DNA of 64,000 nt from Octopus sinensis (GCF_006345805.1 NC_042997.1:199082001-199146000); one strand, 5' to 3'; shown: positions 49,336 through 62,442, numbered from the stretch's first letter. Notes: generated by a model from the sequence alone, not told the origin. Program-made: numbers and translations.

Positions 49336-50004
49336 CTAGAGACCGAGACCTCTGGAAGTGTGCTGTGCGCGAGAAGACCCGGCAGGACAAGTGAGTCCAT
49401 AACCCGTGGCCTTCTACATGGGATGGAGCCAGCCTACGTATGCATACCTTCCCTTCTTGGGACACAAAACTCTACTTGTGAAGACGTGATGAGGCAATTG
49501 AGGATCAGAATCGAAATCGATCAATGGAAATTGCGGATGTGCTACCAGTGCCGGTGGCATGTCAAAACTCTGCTTGTGAAGACCCATTGAGGCAAGTGAC
49601 GATCAGAATCGAAATCGATCATGGAAATCGATCAATGGAAATTGCAGATGTGTTACCAGTGCCGGTGGCATGTAAGAGAACTTTCCGTTTCGCGACCGTT
49701 GCCAGCACCGCCCCGTCACGTGTCCGTTGCCAGCCTCGCCTGGCCCTCGTGCCGGTGGCACATAAAAAGCACCATCCGTTCGTGGCCGTTTGCCAGCTGT
49801 CTGGCACCAGTGCGGGTGGCACGTAAAAAGCACCCACTACACTCACGGAGTGGTTGGCGTTAGGAAGGGCATCCAGCCGTAGAAACACTGCCAGATTTGA
49901 CTGGGCCTGATGAAGCCTTCTGGCTTCACAGACCCCAGTAGAACCGTCCAACCCATGCTAGCATGGAAAACGGACGCTAAACGATGATGATGATGATGAT
50001 GATG
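46595..50004 (+). mobile_element. RTE-clade non-LTR retrotransposon, 5'-truncated in APE, (GAT)n tail
   Basis: ORF remnants 46595-49335, repeat-rich 3' UTR, ending ggacgctaaac(gat)n. Confidence 0.95.
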
Positions 50005-50394
50005 TTCTGAGTTCAAATTCCGCCAAGGTCAACTTTACCTTTCATGCTTTCAGAGTCGGTAAAATAAGCACCAATTGAGTACTGGGGTCAGTGTAATAAA
50101 CTATTCCCCTCCCCCAAATTTCAGGCATTGTACTTATAGTAGAAAGGATTATTAGAGTGAAATAAGAAGTTGGTTTGATTTTAAACTCAACTTCATTGAA
50201 AATATGAATATATTGAGAAGTGGCCAAAATGCAAATAAAACAGGTGACTTTTGAGAAAAAGACAGTTGCTACCTTTTTTGTATGTAACTGGTAAATTAGG
50301 AAAATGGTTTTACAAAACTTTTTTGTAAGATTGGCAGTATCAAAAGAATGGCAAGCAAAATGCCTTGTGGTATTTACTTTATGCAAATAGGAGA

Positions 50395-50595
50395 AATGTG
50401 ACACGACAAGCACTTGACTGGAACCCGCAGGGGAAAAGGAAGCGAGGACGCCTAGAGCAGACATGGAAGCGGAGCATTTTGGATGAGCTCAGGACCACCG
50501 GCCTGACATGGGAAGCAGCCAAGAAAAGCGGAAAACAACTGTTGAGGCCCTATGCTCCACAAGGAGCAAAAAGGATTAAGAAGAAGAAGAGGAAG
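50395..50595 (+). mobile_element. 3' fragment of a second RTE-type LINE family with (AAG)n tail
   Basis: NVTRQALDWNPQGKRKRGRLEQTWKRS matches the RTE C-terminal ALdWnP.GkRkRGRP..TW motif. Confidence 0.75.
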
Positions 50596-50679
50596 AATTT
50601 TGCCAATGATGCGATTTTACCAAGGTCACCTAGTCACATAAGTAACATACTCCACATATACACATAATGCACATGGTGG

Positions 50680-51053
50680 TACATAAAAAGCACCAACCAA
50701 TCGTAGCCGTTGCCAGCGTCCCCTGGCACCTGTGCTGGTGGCACGTAAAAAGCACCATCTGTATGTGACCGATGCCAGCGCCACCTTGACTGGCTTCCGT
50801 GCCAGTGGAAAGTAAAAAGCACCAACTGATCGTGGCCATTGCCAGCCTCCCCTGGCACCTGTGCTGGTGGCATGTAAAAGCACCCACAACACTCTCGGAG
50901 TGGTCGGTGTTAGGAAGGGTATCCAGCTGTAGAAATACTGCCAGATCAGACTGGAGCCTGGTGCATCCTTCTGGCTTCCCAGACCCTGGTCGAACCGTCC
51001 AACCCATGCTAGCATGGAAAACGGAGACTAAACGATGATGATGATGATGATGA
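50680..51053 (+). mobile_element. Short copy of the RTE LINE 3' end
   Basis: Tandem gtggcacgtaaaaagcacc units plus (GAT)n tail. Confidence 0.85.
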
Positions 51054-52169
51054 TATTCACATGCGTGCACACACACACAAGCCAAATTCAAACTGAAACC
51101 TGGTGCAGCTCTCCAGCTTGCAATTTCCAGTCAAACCATTCAACCCATGCCAGCAAGGAAAGTGGATGTAAATGATGATGCATGTATATATTAAATAAGA
51201 GAAATGTCAAATGATATTAGGGTTATCTCCCTTTGCATTACATGAACATTTCTCATGGAAAAATAAATTCCCAGTCAAGTATTGTCAATATAATTGATTA
51301 TATCCCATCCTAAAATCTGAAGCCCTGTGCCTATGATAGAAATCAATATATATATCCAGTATTTTCCAAAAGATATTTTGCGTTTTCTTGGCAAAGACAC
51401 TTCAATAGCAGGCTTGAATTTTTTGCAATATAGATATATGGAAAGAGAAAGAAGGAAAAATGGTTTTTGATTGAACTAAAAAAGAGATAATTATTTGTGA
51501 CGTAAATCTGTTTCGAGGATTTTGTCCCATATTCATCTAAACCCAACTCTAAATGTGTTTCAAATATTCTTTTCAAAGTATTGATAAAGCCGACAGAGAA
51601 GGCTCTAGCTCAATTTAGCTTTTAACTTTATCGACACATCTTCATATAATTAGAGATGGCAAGTGATATTGTAGATGAATCCGATCTCAGTTTTAATGTA
51701 ATCTAAGTGCTGTAAAATACAAAAAAAAAAAGAATTGGTAAAGTATGACTTGTGTTTAATCTACAGAGCATTCAACTTTGTTGGGCTTTTGTTTCTTTGT
51801 CTTTTTGTTAGTTTTCTAAGATGAATCTCGAATAGTTAGCTATAAAGGTTATAATATATAACAAAAGGAAACCAAAAAAAAAAAATGTTTAAAACTATCA
51901 ATACACTAACTGGCAAATAAAACTTTAATAGTCAAAATATGGGCCATATTTCTTGGAATACAACTCCGAATGTGTTAAATATTGGGGTACATTTCATTGG
52001 TATAAAGTTTCAAAAAGAATGTCTTTTTATCAACATAATCATATACAAAGTGATCTTGTTGTTTATGACTGTTTCGGTAGACCTATAACAAAAGATATTA
52101 CATATCTAGTGGAGCACCACCGTTAGTCGAACTTATGGCCTTGCTGTCCTATTTTCAGGCATAAGCTGA

Positions 52170-52470
52170 CACTGTCAGTGATGATGACAAAGGTTCCAGC
52201 TGCTCCATTCAACAGAACAGCCTGCTTGTGACACTAACGTGCAAGTGGCTGAGGGTTCACATACATACATGCTTACCCTTAATGTAGTTCTCAGGGAGAT
52301 TCAGTGTGACACAGAATGTGACAAGGTTGGCCCTGTGAATTACAGGTACAACTTATTTTTGTCAGTTGAGTAGACTGGAGCAATGCGAAATAAAATGTCT
52401 TGCTGAAGGACATAATGCACCACTGGAAGTTGAACTCATAACCTTACAATCATGAACCAAACAGCCAAAC
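52170..52470 (-). mobile_element. Decayed SINE with CORE-like motif and family B-type tail
   Basis: Tail is homologous to the reverse complement of 62660-62810. Confidence 0.6.
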
Positions 52471-53259
52471 CACTAAACCACAGGACTGCATTATCTAATG
52501 TGTCCTTCAGTTTTAAGATGTAAAGGTGTGATTTGATGGCTATTTTGGTGTGATTTTGAGGAACAAAACACACACACACACACACATTACTGTTTTCACT
52601 AAGGGTGAATTTCTTTGATATATAAGCAATTGGATTTTCCATGAAAATATTAGAAAGTACCAAAGGAATCATGTTTGGTAGGATCATATATCAAAACACA
52701 GACATAAGTAAAACAAAAAGAACAAAAACCCATCACTATCACAAGTCAACATTAATTTCACCATGCTTACATGGGTGGATGAAACCTCTCCAACACTTTG
52801 TGTCACTAGTCATGGAGGGCATTTTGTCATCTCTTTTGCGAAACTTAGCAGTCTGAGATTGGTCTTCATCACTTCCTCTTCCACAAGTTCCATCCATTTG
52901 GAATAGATTGCACTATTTTAGACAATTAACCCCTTCAGTACACCCCTGTACCAGTAAAGCCTTCTTCTTTGCATTCTACTTTTGATTTGCCTTGTATCTA
53001 TTTTTTTCTCTCAGCTCTGTCAGTATTCTGCCATTCATGAAATCAAAATCTCTGACATGCCGACGACAGTACTGCCTGATTAGCATTCATACCAGTGGAA
53101 CTTTAAAAGCACCATCCGAGTATGATTGTTGCCAGAGCCGCTGACTGGCGCCCATGCCGGTGGCACATAAAAAGTACCATTACAGCATGATCATTGCCAG
53201 CATTGCCTTAATGTCACATGTGCTGGTAGCACATGAAAAACAACATTCGAGCGTGGTCA

Positions 53260-53642
53260 TTGCTCACAATGCTTTGGTCAGCCTGAGGCTATAGTAGAAG
53301 ACACTGAAGGTGGTGAGCTGGCAGAAATGTTAGCGTGCTGGGTGAAATGCTTAGCGGTATTTTGTCTGTCGTTACGTTCTGAGTTCAAATTCCACCGAGG
53401 TCAACTTTGCCTTTCATCCTTTCAGGGTCGATAAATAAAGTACCAGTTTCGCACTGGGGTCAATGCAACCGACTTAATCCCTTTGTCAGTCCTTGTTTGT
53501 CCCCTCTATGTTTAGCCCCCTGTGGGCAATAAAGAAATATATATAGTAGAAGACACTTGCCCAAGGTGCCATGCAGTGGGACTGAACCCGGAACCATGTT
53601 GTTGATAAACAAGCTACTTACCACACAGCCACTCCTGTGCCT
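53260..53642 (-). mobile_element. SINE family A head/body hosting a family D insertion
   Basis: Family A sequence resumes after the duplicated tatagtagaagacact. Confidence 0.8.
53306..53541 (+). mobile_element. SINE family D, full length, with a 16-bp TSD
   Basis: tatagtagaagacact at 53290-53305 and 53542-53557. Confidence 0.9.
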
Positions 53643-54540
53643 ATATATTATCCATTTTTTTCTTTTTTTTTTTCGAGAACTGTGAAGAGTATAAATATGG
53701 TGTTCACTAATGTCTTCCTCTCTCTCATATTGTTTTGTGATATATCAAAATGCCCTGCAATTGCTCCCTTTTTATAATTACATAGTGACTTAGCAGGACT
53801 ACTAAAACAGTTAGTTCTTATGTTTATGACTTCCCCATTTGCATTTGAATTGGTAAATCCCAATGATCCCTTGTCCCTTACTCACAGATTTATAGGCTTA
53901 TGCCTTATAATTGATAAGGTTTTTAATTTCACCTGTTTTGGAGTATATTATTAGTTTCACTTTGTAGTTTGGCGTAATTCATTTTGAGTTCTGTTTAAGA
54001 GGTTTTTGATGTGTTCATCTAGCATATAGTTAGTGTTCATTTGAATTGTTATATACTTATACATTATTTCTATTAGCTTAGTGAATAATGTATTGTTCAC
54101 ATAGTATTTATGACTGTATTACTTTATCGCTTGTTAGAACACCTGTTGCATTAATACTGCTTAATTCATTCTGCGAGTCACTTTATCTACTACTTCATTT
54201 ATGGAAAGGTATTTAAATGCTCTTTTAAGAAAAGATTTTCTCATTGACATTCTTATATCCTTGAATATATGCTGTCTCCATACAAGAATATGCTTTTATT
54301 TGTCTTTGGAATAAACATATCAAATGTATCTTTTATTTTCTGTTTGGATGTTTATGTCTGTAAGCAGAGTCATTGCACTGCTTGGATTTTTTCTTTATAC
54401 TCTTTTTGACATTGAAATTTAATATCAAGCAATTCTGCAGTAATTCTTCTTTTAATTTCTCAACATCTTTTGTGGTTATATCATCTCTATACCTAGTACA
54501 TGTATGTTCATGCCTTTGTACATCTTTGATTTTTTTATGT

Positions 54541-54760
54541 GGAGACGCAATGGCCCAGTGGTTAGAGCAGCGGACTGGCAGTCATAGGATCGTGGTTTCG
54601 ATTCCCAGAACGGGTGTTGTGAGTGTTTACTGAGTGAAAACACCTAAATCTCCAAGAGGCTCCAGCAGGGGGTGGTGGCGATCCCTGCTGTACTCTTTTA
54701 CCACAACTTTCTCTCACTCTTACTTCCTGTTTCTGTTGTCTGTAATTCAAAGGGCCAGCC
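54541..54760 (+). mobile_element. SINE family B
   Basis: ggagacgcaatggcccagtggttagagc head. Confidence 0.8.
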
Positions 54761-54869
54761 TTGTCACACTCAACCCATATATGGATTCTCATGGTGCGGG
54801 GGCCCACTTGCCATTGGGCAAGCTGGCAACCTGGCCAGTCCACCACTGCAAACACCCATAATATAATAA

Positions 54870-55010
54870 CCTATGGTATCAGCCAACACAAAGATGGAAT
54901 TGTTAGTGACCTGTATGAGAGAAGTATCCTTTTACTCACCACACAACAATTATATAATCAATAAAGATGGAGTAGCCATGGGTTCTTCCTTAAGGACTAT
55001 GCACAAATGA
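54870..55010 (+). pseudogene. Penelope-like reverse transcriptase remnant (motif B')
   Basis: MELLVTCMREVSF...YNQ(frameshift)DGVAMGSSL, with DGVAMGSSL at 54966-54992, vs PLE consensus Y.QidGvAMGSPL. Confidence 0.7.
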
Positions 55011-55399
55011 TTCTTTATACATATGCTTACAATGTTGGTGATGTTCTACATGGTTGCAATAAAAATCAAAGATGTTGTTGTTTTTAGCATTCCGTTGCTT
55101 ATGAAAATGAGGGTTCCAGTTGATCCGATCAACGGAACAGCCTGCCCGTGAAATTAACGTGCAAGTGGCTGACATGTGTACTCTTAACATAGTTCTCGGG
55201 GATATTCAGCATGACACAGGGGATATTCAACTGTCAAGTTTGAGAATTTTTTATTCACTCCTGGAAGAATGCATTAATTATTTCAGCCTGGCTGTGTTTG
55301 AAGACAGTTGAAAAGAATACTTTTAACAAAGACAAAATTAAATTAAAGCATTGTAGTAGCAGGTGGGCCCCTTAGTCTCCTGGCAGCCAATATTTTTAG

Positions 55400-55540
55400 A
55401 CCCAGACCACCACTGGGTAGTTGTATATATTATCCAATGTGGTCTTTATTGTTTCTGCTACTGACAATTAAGTAAACAGACTTTCTATTTGAAAATGGAG
55501 TTGCTGCTTATTTTGCTAGTTTCTTCTGAGATCTCTAGGA
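55400..55540 (-). pseudogene. Penelope-like reverse transcriptase remnant (motif A)
   Basis: FQIESLFT*LSVAETIKTTLDNIYNYP vs PLE consensus slDveSLFTnvPv.eTi.iild.iy.h. Confidence 0.65.
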
Positions 55541-56774
55541 ACTCTCTGGATTAATGAATATTGTATCTATTATACATACTGTATCTCTTATGTATTTCAT
55601 TTGATAATGTTGTACAATTATTTAGTTATCTTGTGTGATAGCTTATTTGAGATAATGCCAGAAGGGATGTTTGTGTATTTTTCTGTTCTTTATGTATATA
55701 AGAATCTAAAAAAAAAAAAAAAAATTTTAAAAACGCCTTCTGCTCAGCAATCAGCAGTCTAATTGCAAAATCTGAGATTGTTTGAATGTGTCACCACTAA
55801 GACAAATATTTAGTGAAAGAAATGAAATTACTATCACAACCAGATTATACAGCTTTCACCTGCTCTTAACATTTACCTTCCCTCCCCACATCAACCAGCA
55901 ATTTTTCTTCCTGCTTGATATCTAAAACCCCGCCAAATGCATCGTTTAATTGTTAATTGTACATACTTGTTGCATTCATTTGTACATACACGTAAGGGTA
56001 TAAGCATAGATGAGTCTTCATGCAAATTCTTACTGGAATTTTTTTGCCTTAGCTGCAGTTCTTCAGTCAATTTATTCTTTAATCTTTTGGCTGCATTCCC
56101 TGCACCACTGTTCTTTCTTTTCCCATTCTGCTTTCTTCCATTTCTCCCACCAATTGCCTCACCTTTTAACTCTTCTTTTCATTCCCTCGCTCTCTCTTAA
56201 TCTCCTTAAATTCAAAATTAACAACTTACTACATTATCCATCTGTTTCTGTTTGTTTTGTTTTTTAATTTCTCAGCAATTAAACTTCTCCATGATGAAAA
56301 CATTTTTAATTAAATGTCTCAAACAATATAAAATATATGTCATTCAAATTCTAAAATGAAAGACACTCCTAAAATTATCACATATTCTGTCAAAACACAA
56401 TTTACTTGATCTCACCTAGAAAAACCACATCAAAACATTTTTTTTCTTTCCTACAGAAAATCATTTTATCCACATGTTTTGCTTTAGATATTTCTAAAGG
56501 TTCCCTTATGTATTCTTTATTCTTGCATGGAAAACTAGTAACACGCACAAATTCTTTTCAGTATGAAATAAACATATCATACTGATGTGTACACAATGCT
56601 TCAAGAAAGATAACAGTCATATAAAAATCCTGGAAGATAACTCCATGAAGTGACTGATATGAATAAATCTGGTTTGAATGAATAAAATGATTCCAAACTA
56701 CTTAATAATATTGAGTAATTTTACTTTCCCTGGTTACATTTTATATTAGTGCAAAATCACCATTCACTCTCTGT

Positions 56775-57215
56775 GTCATCATCATCATCATCATCGTTTA
56801 ACGTCTGCTTTCCATGCTAGCATGGGTTGCACGATTTTGACTGAGGGCTGGCGGACCAGATGGCTGCACCAGGCTCCAATCTTGATCTGGCAGAGTTTCT
56901 ACAGCTGGATGCCCTTCCTAATGCCAACCACTCCAAGGGTATAGTGGGTGCTTTTTATGTGCTACTGGCATGGGGGCCAGTCAGGCGGCACTGGCAATGA
57001 CCTCGCTCGAATCTTTTTACACATGCCACCAGCACAGGTGCCAGTAAGGTGACGTTGGTAACAATCACGCTCGAATGGTGCCCTTTTACGTGCCACTGGC
57101 ACGGAAGCCAGTTGGCTGCTTTGGCAATGATCAGGCTCAGATGGTGCTCTTGGCACCCTACTAGCACAGGCACAAGTGCCAGTAAGGCGACGCTGGTAAC
57201 GATCACGCTCGAATG
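56775..57215 (-). mobile_element. RTE 3'-end-related element with subrepeats
   Basis: Same type as 43785-44300 and 34870-35200. Confidence 0.8.
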
Positions 57216-59131
57216 GTATGTGTGTATGCTTATATTTTTTTTAGATGGCCATCACCCACGAATAAGTATGAGTTGGTAACATGTATCATATTTTCAACAT
57301 TTGATTTTTAGATGCCTACATAGCTGTGAGCAAACACAGACATCTTTTTAACTTTCTCGCCATTTGACCCAGTGGTACATTGAGGATGTGAGTGCTGAGG
57401 GTAGTGAGTTGTGTTTAGTTCACTAGTGCTGAGTTGGTACTCATTTTCACTGACTGAGCTGGGGCAATGTGAAATGAAGTGCCCTGCTCAAAGATACAAC
57501 ACACTAAGTGGCCCAGCAGTTGAACACTCAGTATTATGAGAACAAGCCAAATATCAACAAACCACATTGTCTACTTACATACTTACACACACACACGTAT
57601 ATATATATATATATATATACTCGTTTACTCTTTTATTTGTTTCAGTCATTTTGACTACAGCCATGCTGGAGTAACACCGTAAAGGTTTTTAGTTGAAGAA
57701 ATCACCCCAGGACTTATTCTTTCGGTCGCTTTTTGCCTATGGTACTTAGGTTGAGGCACCAGAATTTAGTATGGTATTATCCATACAATTTCAAAGTAAG
57801 GTGATTAAAATCAAAATAAGCAACAAGGATATCCAGAGGTAATGCAGTACGATCATTTCATGCAACTCCATGGTTTATATATATAATATATATATATATG
57901 TATATATATATATATTTTAGGAAGTTAATTATATAGCCACTCAGTCATACAGTGACCAATGGTTTCACATCCATAAAGTACTTAGCTTCATAGATGGCTC
58001 ATTGCAAAATAGAGACAAAAAAAAACGTTACAATCAGTTAATTTTGTAATAAAAGTATTATATTGTCTGTGCCTTAGGTGGAATTGTATATCACCCTTAG
58101 ATCAAGTCTGGTCAGCAAATCTTTTATGGCCTTAATCAACAAAGGGGGATTTTCATTCTTAGATTGATTCCAGTCAGCAAATTTCTTTATGCCTCTAATC
58201 AATGAACAGGAAACCCACACTTGCAATAGGTAACGTTTAGAGTGTGGACAAAGGCTGAAGAGCTCATTTCTGGAATTTAAAAGGGTCTCCAGATCAAACG
58301 AGTGTTTTAGGATTGTTGCTCCCTTCTATTCTGGAAAGAGGTTATATACCCATGGTCACTGGAGTTGGATATGCTGCTATAAGGATGCTGTCCATAAAGA
58401 TGCTTTATGGATGCAAAACCACCGGTCACTCTATTGCTGGCCATGTAAGTAACCGCCTATAAATACATTACCGCTCTAACGTTTAAAATGTGTTCCTTTT
58501 TCAGATATACGATTCACTGATTGTATGTGTGTGAAGATATAGATAGTTACGTAGAAGTTTATTTCTGTATGTATGTATGTATGTATGTATATGTCTGTGT
58601 GCAGACACTGACACACACACATTTATATACATATTATAACGAAGAACATTAAAAGTAGTATTTTATTATACTTTCACTTCAGAAATTATTTAAGAATATT
58701 ACTATGGAATTTAAATGCTGCCAATATGCAAAGAAACCTAGAGTTTGTAAGACAGTCATCTGGAGTTAATGGAAGGAAGGAAAGAGTGTTGTAGACATGC
58801 AATACTTAGAAGTGACTTAAAAATAAGAAAAATATATAATACATAGTTTACATTATAAGTACCATCACGTACTTAAATTGTTAAAGTAGATAATACAGAT
58901 TATATAGATGAATGTCTTAAATGACTGTTCATCAGAATGTAAGCATTGTTATAACGGTGAAAGAAAGAGAGAAAATATAGTATTTTTAGGAATGAAATTT
59001 CTTTCTACATGAAGTAAGAAGAGTTTCTTGATAACATGGTTTTAATAATTCAGAAATTTAATGTGCTTCATGACCAACTGAGTGGGTGTCAATCTATTAT
59101 TATACAACACTTTTTTTTTATATTTATGTGC

Positions 59132-59408
59132 CCTTTTCAAGCCTAGCCAGGCTCATGGGCCCGGTTTCCCAGTTTCTATGCCGTATGGGTTCCCCCTAGC
59201 TGGACGGGATGCCAGCCAATCGCAGTGTTACTCAAGAAACAGGAAGAAAGAGTGAGAGAAAGTTGGGGGTGAAAGAGTACAACAGGGGTCGCCACCACAC
59301 CCTGTCAGAGCTTCGTGGAGCTTTAGGTGTTTTCGCTCAATAAACACACACAAAACCACGATCCTCCGACCGCGAGTCCACTTCCTTAACCACTGGGCCA
59401 TTGTACCT
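59132..59408 (-). mobile_element. SINE family B
   Basis: Reverse complement of the 3597-3895 type. Confidence 0.75.
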
Positions 59409-59619
59409 CCATATACAACACTTGTACAGTGCATAAAATGATCCAAACAATAAAGTAAACCATTTAGTCACTTGTATAGTCAACAAAAAAGTTGCAACTC
59501 TTGTCTGATGCACAAAAGTACAAAACAAAACAACCAAAATATTTAAGTGCCTCCTGCATTTTGTGCATAGAAGTAGAAATTAGTTTAGAAAATTTATTAA
59601 ATAAAGGAAGAACCATTCA

Positions 59620-60245
59620 ATGAAAAACAATGTTTAATAAGCTGCAGATAAACAAAAATGACTTGTTGAAACTCCTGTATGGTTTGCCTGCAGGGATTAA
59701 TTTCAACTTCATATTAAAGTTGACATTTTTAGCTGTATATTGATAAATTTGTATCTCTGTGATTGAATTTGCTCCAATATAATGAAGATGCTGTAAATAT
59801 AATTTCAAAAACATTCAATGAAAGTCCTGTATGAATTTTCAAAATCCATTTTTTGTATTTAGCATAGCTCTGTAAATATTTTTGGTAGTGCTTGTTTGTT
59901 CGAGTGGATTTCATTTGGATTAGTACCATGACTAACATTAGAATTTTGATTAGCATTCAGATCCTATGATTTCAATCTAATCAGGTTGGATGTTATTTCT
60001 TCGATATCGAATGAGTGACTTTAACAGAACTGTAGCTAATCCTTTTCTAACACCTCTGTTTGGGTGGAAAATATTTAAACTTTTACCACTAGGATCTTGC
60101 TGATTGAAGAAGGGTTCTACCAAGTTATGTCTTTATTTTTTTATTTGGATGAGGTGTTCTAATATGTTTTTTGTCATAGAAACCATTATGTTTTAGAACA
60201 TCATTGTAGAACTTAGCGACATCTTGAACAATCATTAAACAGTGA
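59620..60245 (-). pseudogene. Decayed Penelope-like linker plus GIY-YIG endonuclease
   Basis: ITW*NP; KYFPPKQRC*KRISYSSVKVTHS (cf. khFP..h.l.kifnrntvKvSYS); EIIFTA; HYIG at 59773-59784; AGKPYRSFNK (cf. a.pY....k.C.LC). Multiple frameshifts. Confidence 0.55.
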
Positions 60246-61271
60246 ACGTTTTGTGCTAAGGTTGAGGGTAACATAAATTTAAAATCAAATGTTATTTTCT
60301 ATTTAAATATTTAAATTGCTTGAAAAAGTTATAGAAATCTTTCCATAGTTTTTTTTAATTTTAAATCCACTTTTGAGAATTAAAAGATGATTATCCCAGT
60401 AGAAACCTCTATTTCAAAGGAAAAATGTTTATATCGTAACTTAGGGTACATAATCATACAGTCGTTAATTTTCACTAAACACCTCACAACAATTCTAACA
60501 TCAAAACAGACATTAAGAATTGTTTTTATGCAAACCAGAACCAATTTTCAGGCATAAAAAATAAATAAAATATCATTTTATGCAATGATAATTTAGGAAA
60601 GATTTTTTACAAAATTAATAGCATTCTCTACAGAATTTCAAAAACTGAAGAATAACTATCATGAAAAGCTCAGTGAAGAATCAGCTTTATTAGCTATGGG
60701 TTTAAACCAATTAATTATAGAATTTCTTTTTCTAATGGAGTAAAGGAGATACTGTCCAAATTTTGGACATTATCTGTGAAGAGTTGTTAACAAATTTAGT
60801 TTTTCACCTTTTTTCAAAGCAAGGGATTCAAGTCTGTTGTCATTTATTTAATTTGTTAATGATATTTTTGACTTCTGTGTTTATGCTAAAAATCTATTTG
60901 CTTTTTGGTACATTTTGGTGATAGAATTAACTAAGGATTTATGGTAAGAAGATTGAAAGAATATCTCTCTATTGAGTAAAGTTTTTTTCTAATCAGAAGG
61001 TAAACAAATCTTTTTTTTTTGCTATCAGGAAACTTTCTCAGCTTATTGTTTAAATCCCCCTAGAATTGTATCAAATGATTATAAAATTTGAATATTCTTT
61101 ATCATATTTAGCAGGTCTTCACGTTATATGTGTAACATCATAAACTAGGGAAAACTTGCTTTATGTCAACAGTTATTACGAACAGAAACTGGATAGCTTG
61201 TATTACAAAAATATAGTGCTTGGCATTTCCACTTTTTGATGAAATGTTTCATTAATGAAGAAACCCTGGAT

Positions 61272-61503
61272 TAAGGTGGCGAGCTGGCAGAAACATTAGC
61301 ATACCGGGCAAAATGCTTAGCAGTATTTTGTCTGCTGCTACGTTCTGAGTTCAAATTCCACTGAGGTCGACATTGCATTTCATCCTTTCAGGGTCGATTA
61401 AATAAGTACCAGTTACACATGGGTCGATGTAATCAACTTAATCCGTTTGTCTGTCCTTGTTTGTCCCCTCTATGTTTAGCCCCCTGTGGGCAGTAAAGAA
61501 ATC
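61272..61503 (+). mobile_element. SINE family D, full length
   Basis: Matches the family D consensus. Confidence 0.85.
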
Positions 61504-61719
61504 AACTGAAATTTTATGAGAAGTAAAGGGATGCTTTTTTCATTGAAATCAAGTGATATATCTGAATTAATCTGGTATTACAAAATTGTTGAATAATTTG
61601 AGGGGTGAAACTGCAATAAAATAGTATTCCGGATAGTCTTCAGTTCTTTTGTCTACAAGACATTGCTCTACTTTTAGAATAGAGTATATTCTATGCATGA
61701 GTGTTTCTTGTCTATGAAA

Positions 61720-62045
61720 CAAATTAATCATATGGGCAATGTCCTTGTGCATGTACAACGAAGCGCAAATGTAGTGGGAAAAATTGGGTGTAAGAAGAAT
61801 TAGATCTTGTGTGCAAGAGAGAAGACTGTTGGCATAGTTATGTGATGTGTATTGATGAGAAAGCTGTACAAAGAAGGGACAATTGCTAAATGTGGCTGGA
61901 ACTTGAGAAAGAAGGAAATTTTGGAAAACATGGGATGAAGTAGTGATGGCTGATCTCAAGATGCTGAGCTTCACAAAAACGATTAAAAAGAACAGAAATG
62001 ATTTGCAGTGCTTGAAAAGACACATCTGTCTCAATGGAAGTGAGT
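61720..62045 (+). mobile_element. Decayed RTE LINE C-terminus
   Basis: IRSCVQERRL and KTWDEVVMADLKML parallel 49150-49320. Confidence 0.75.
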
Positions 62046-62442
62046 TCCTAAAGTGTTATGTCTATACATTCACTGGTTCTGCCCCCTACACTCACTCGGT
62101 ACCTATTAGATCTTCCCACCTCTCATCTCTTCCCTACCCCTCCACTCTTCTATGACACTATTTGGCTGCTATAAACGTATGAGAACTAACTATGCACATA
62201 TTTCACATCCCACTTAGTGCTGTCTGTTACCTCCCCTTCTTCTGGAAACCACTTTCTTTTAAAATCTGTCCCTCATTCTCAATATTATTCCTTCCCACTT
62301 TACCTTCCATTGGTTAATCCTTTCTCTGCCCCCAGTTATCTCCCCATCTCTTCTGAACCACGTCTTAAGACTGCCATACTTCATTTTCAGCATTGTCTCT
62401 CATCTGCTAGCATTGTCATCCCCTTGTTATATCTGCCATCGT

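Noticed and set aside
51343-51705. Open stretches on both strands with a strong minus-strand acceptor near 51710
   Set aside because: All frames from that acceptor hit stops within 20 codons, and the strands give conflicting calls.
58300-58444. Exon-like segment ending CAT|GTAAGT
   Set aside because: Two frames are open, neither is recognisable and no partner exon was found; left uncalled.
61567-62034. 155-aa minus-strand ORF
   Set aside because: It largely overlaps, in antisense, the decayed RTE C-terminus on the plus strand and has no recognisable domain.
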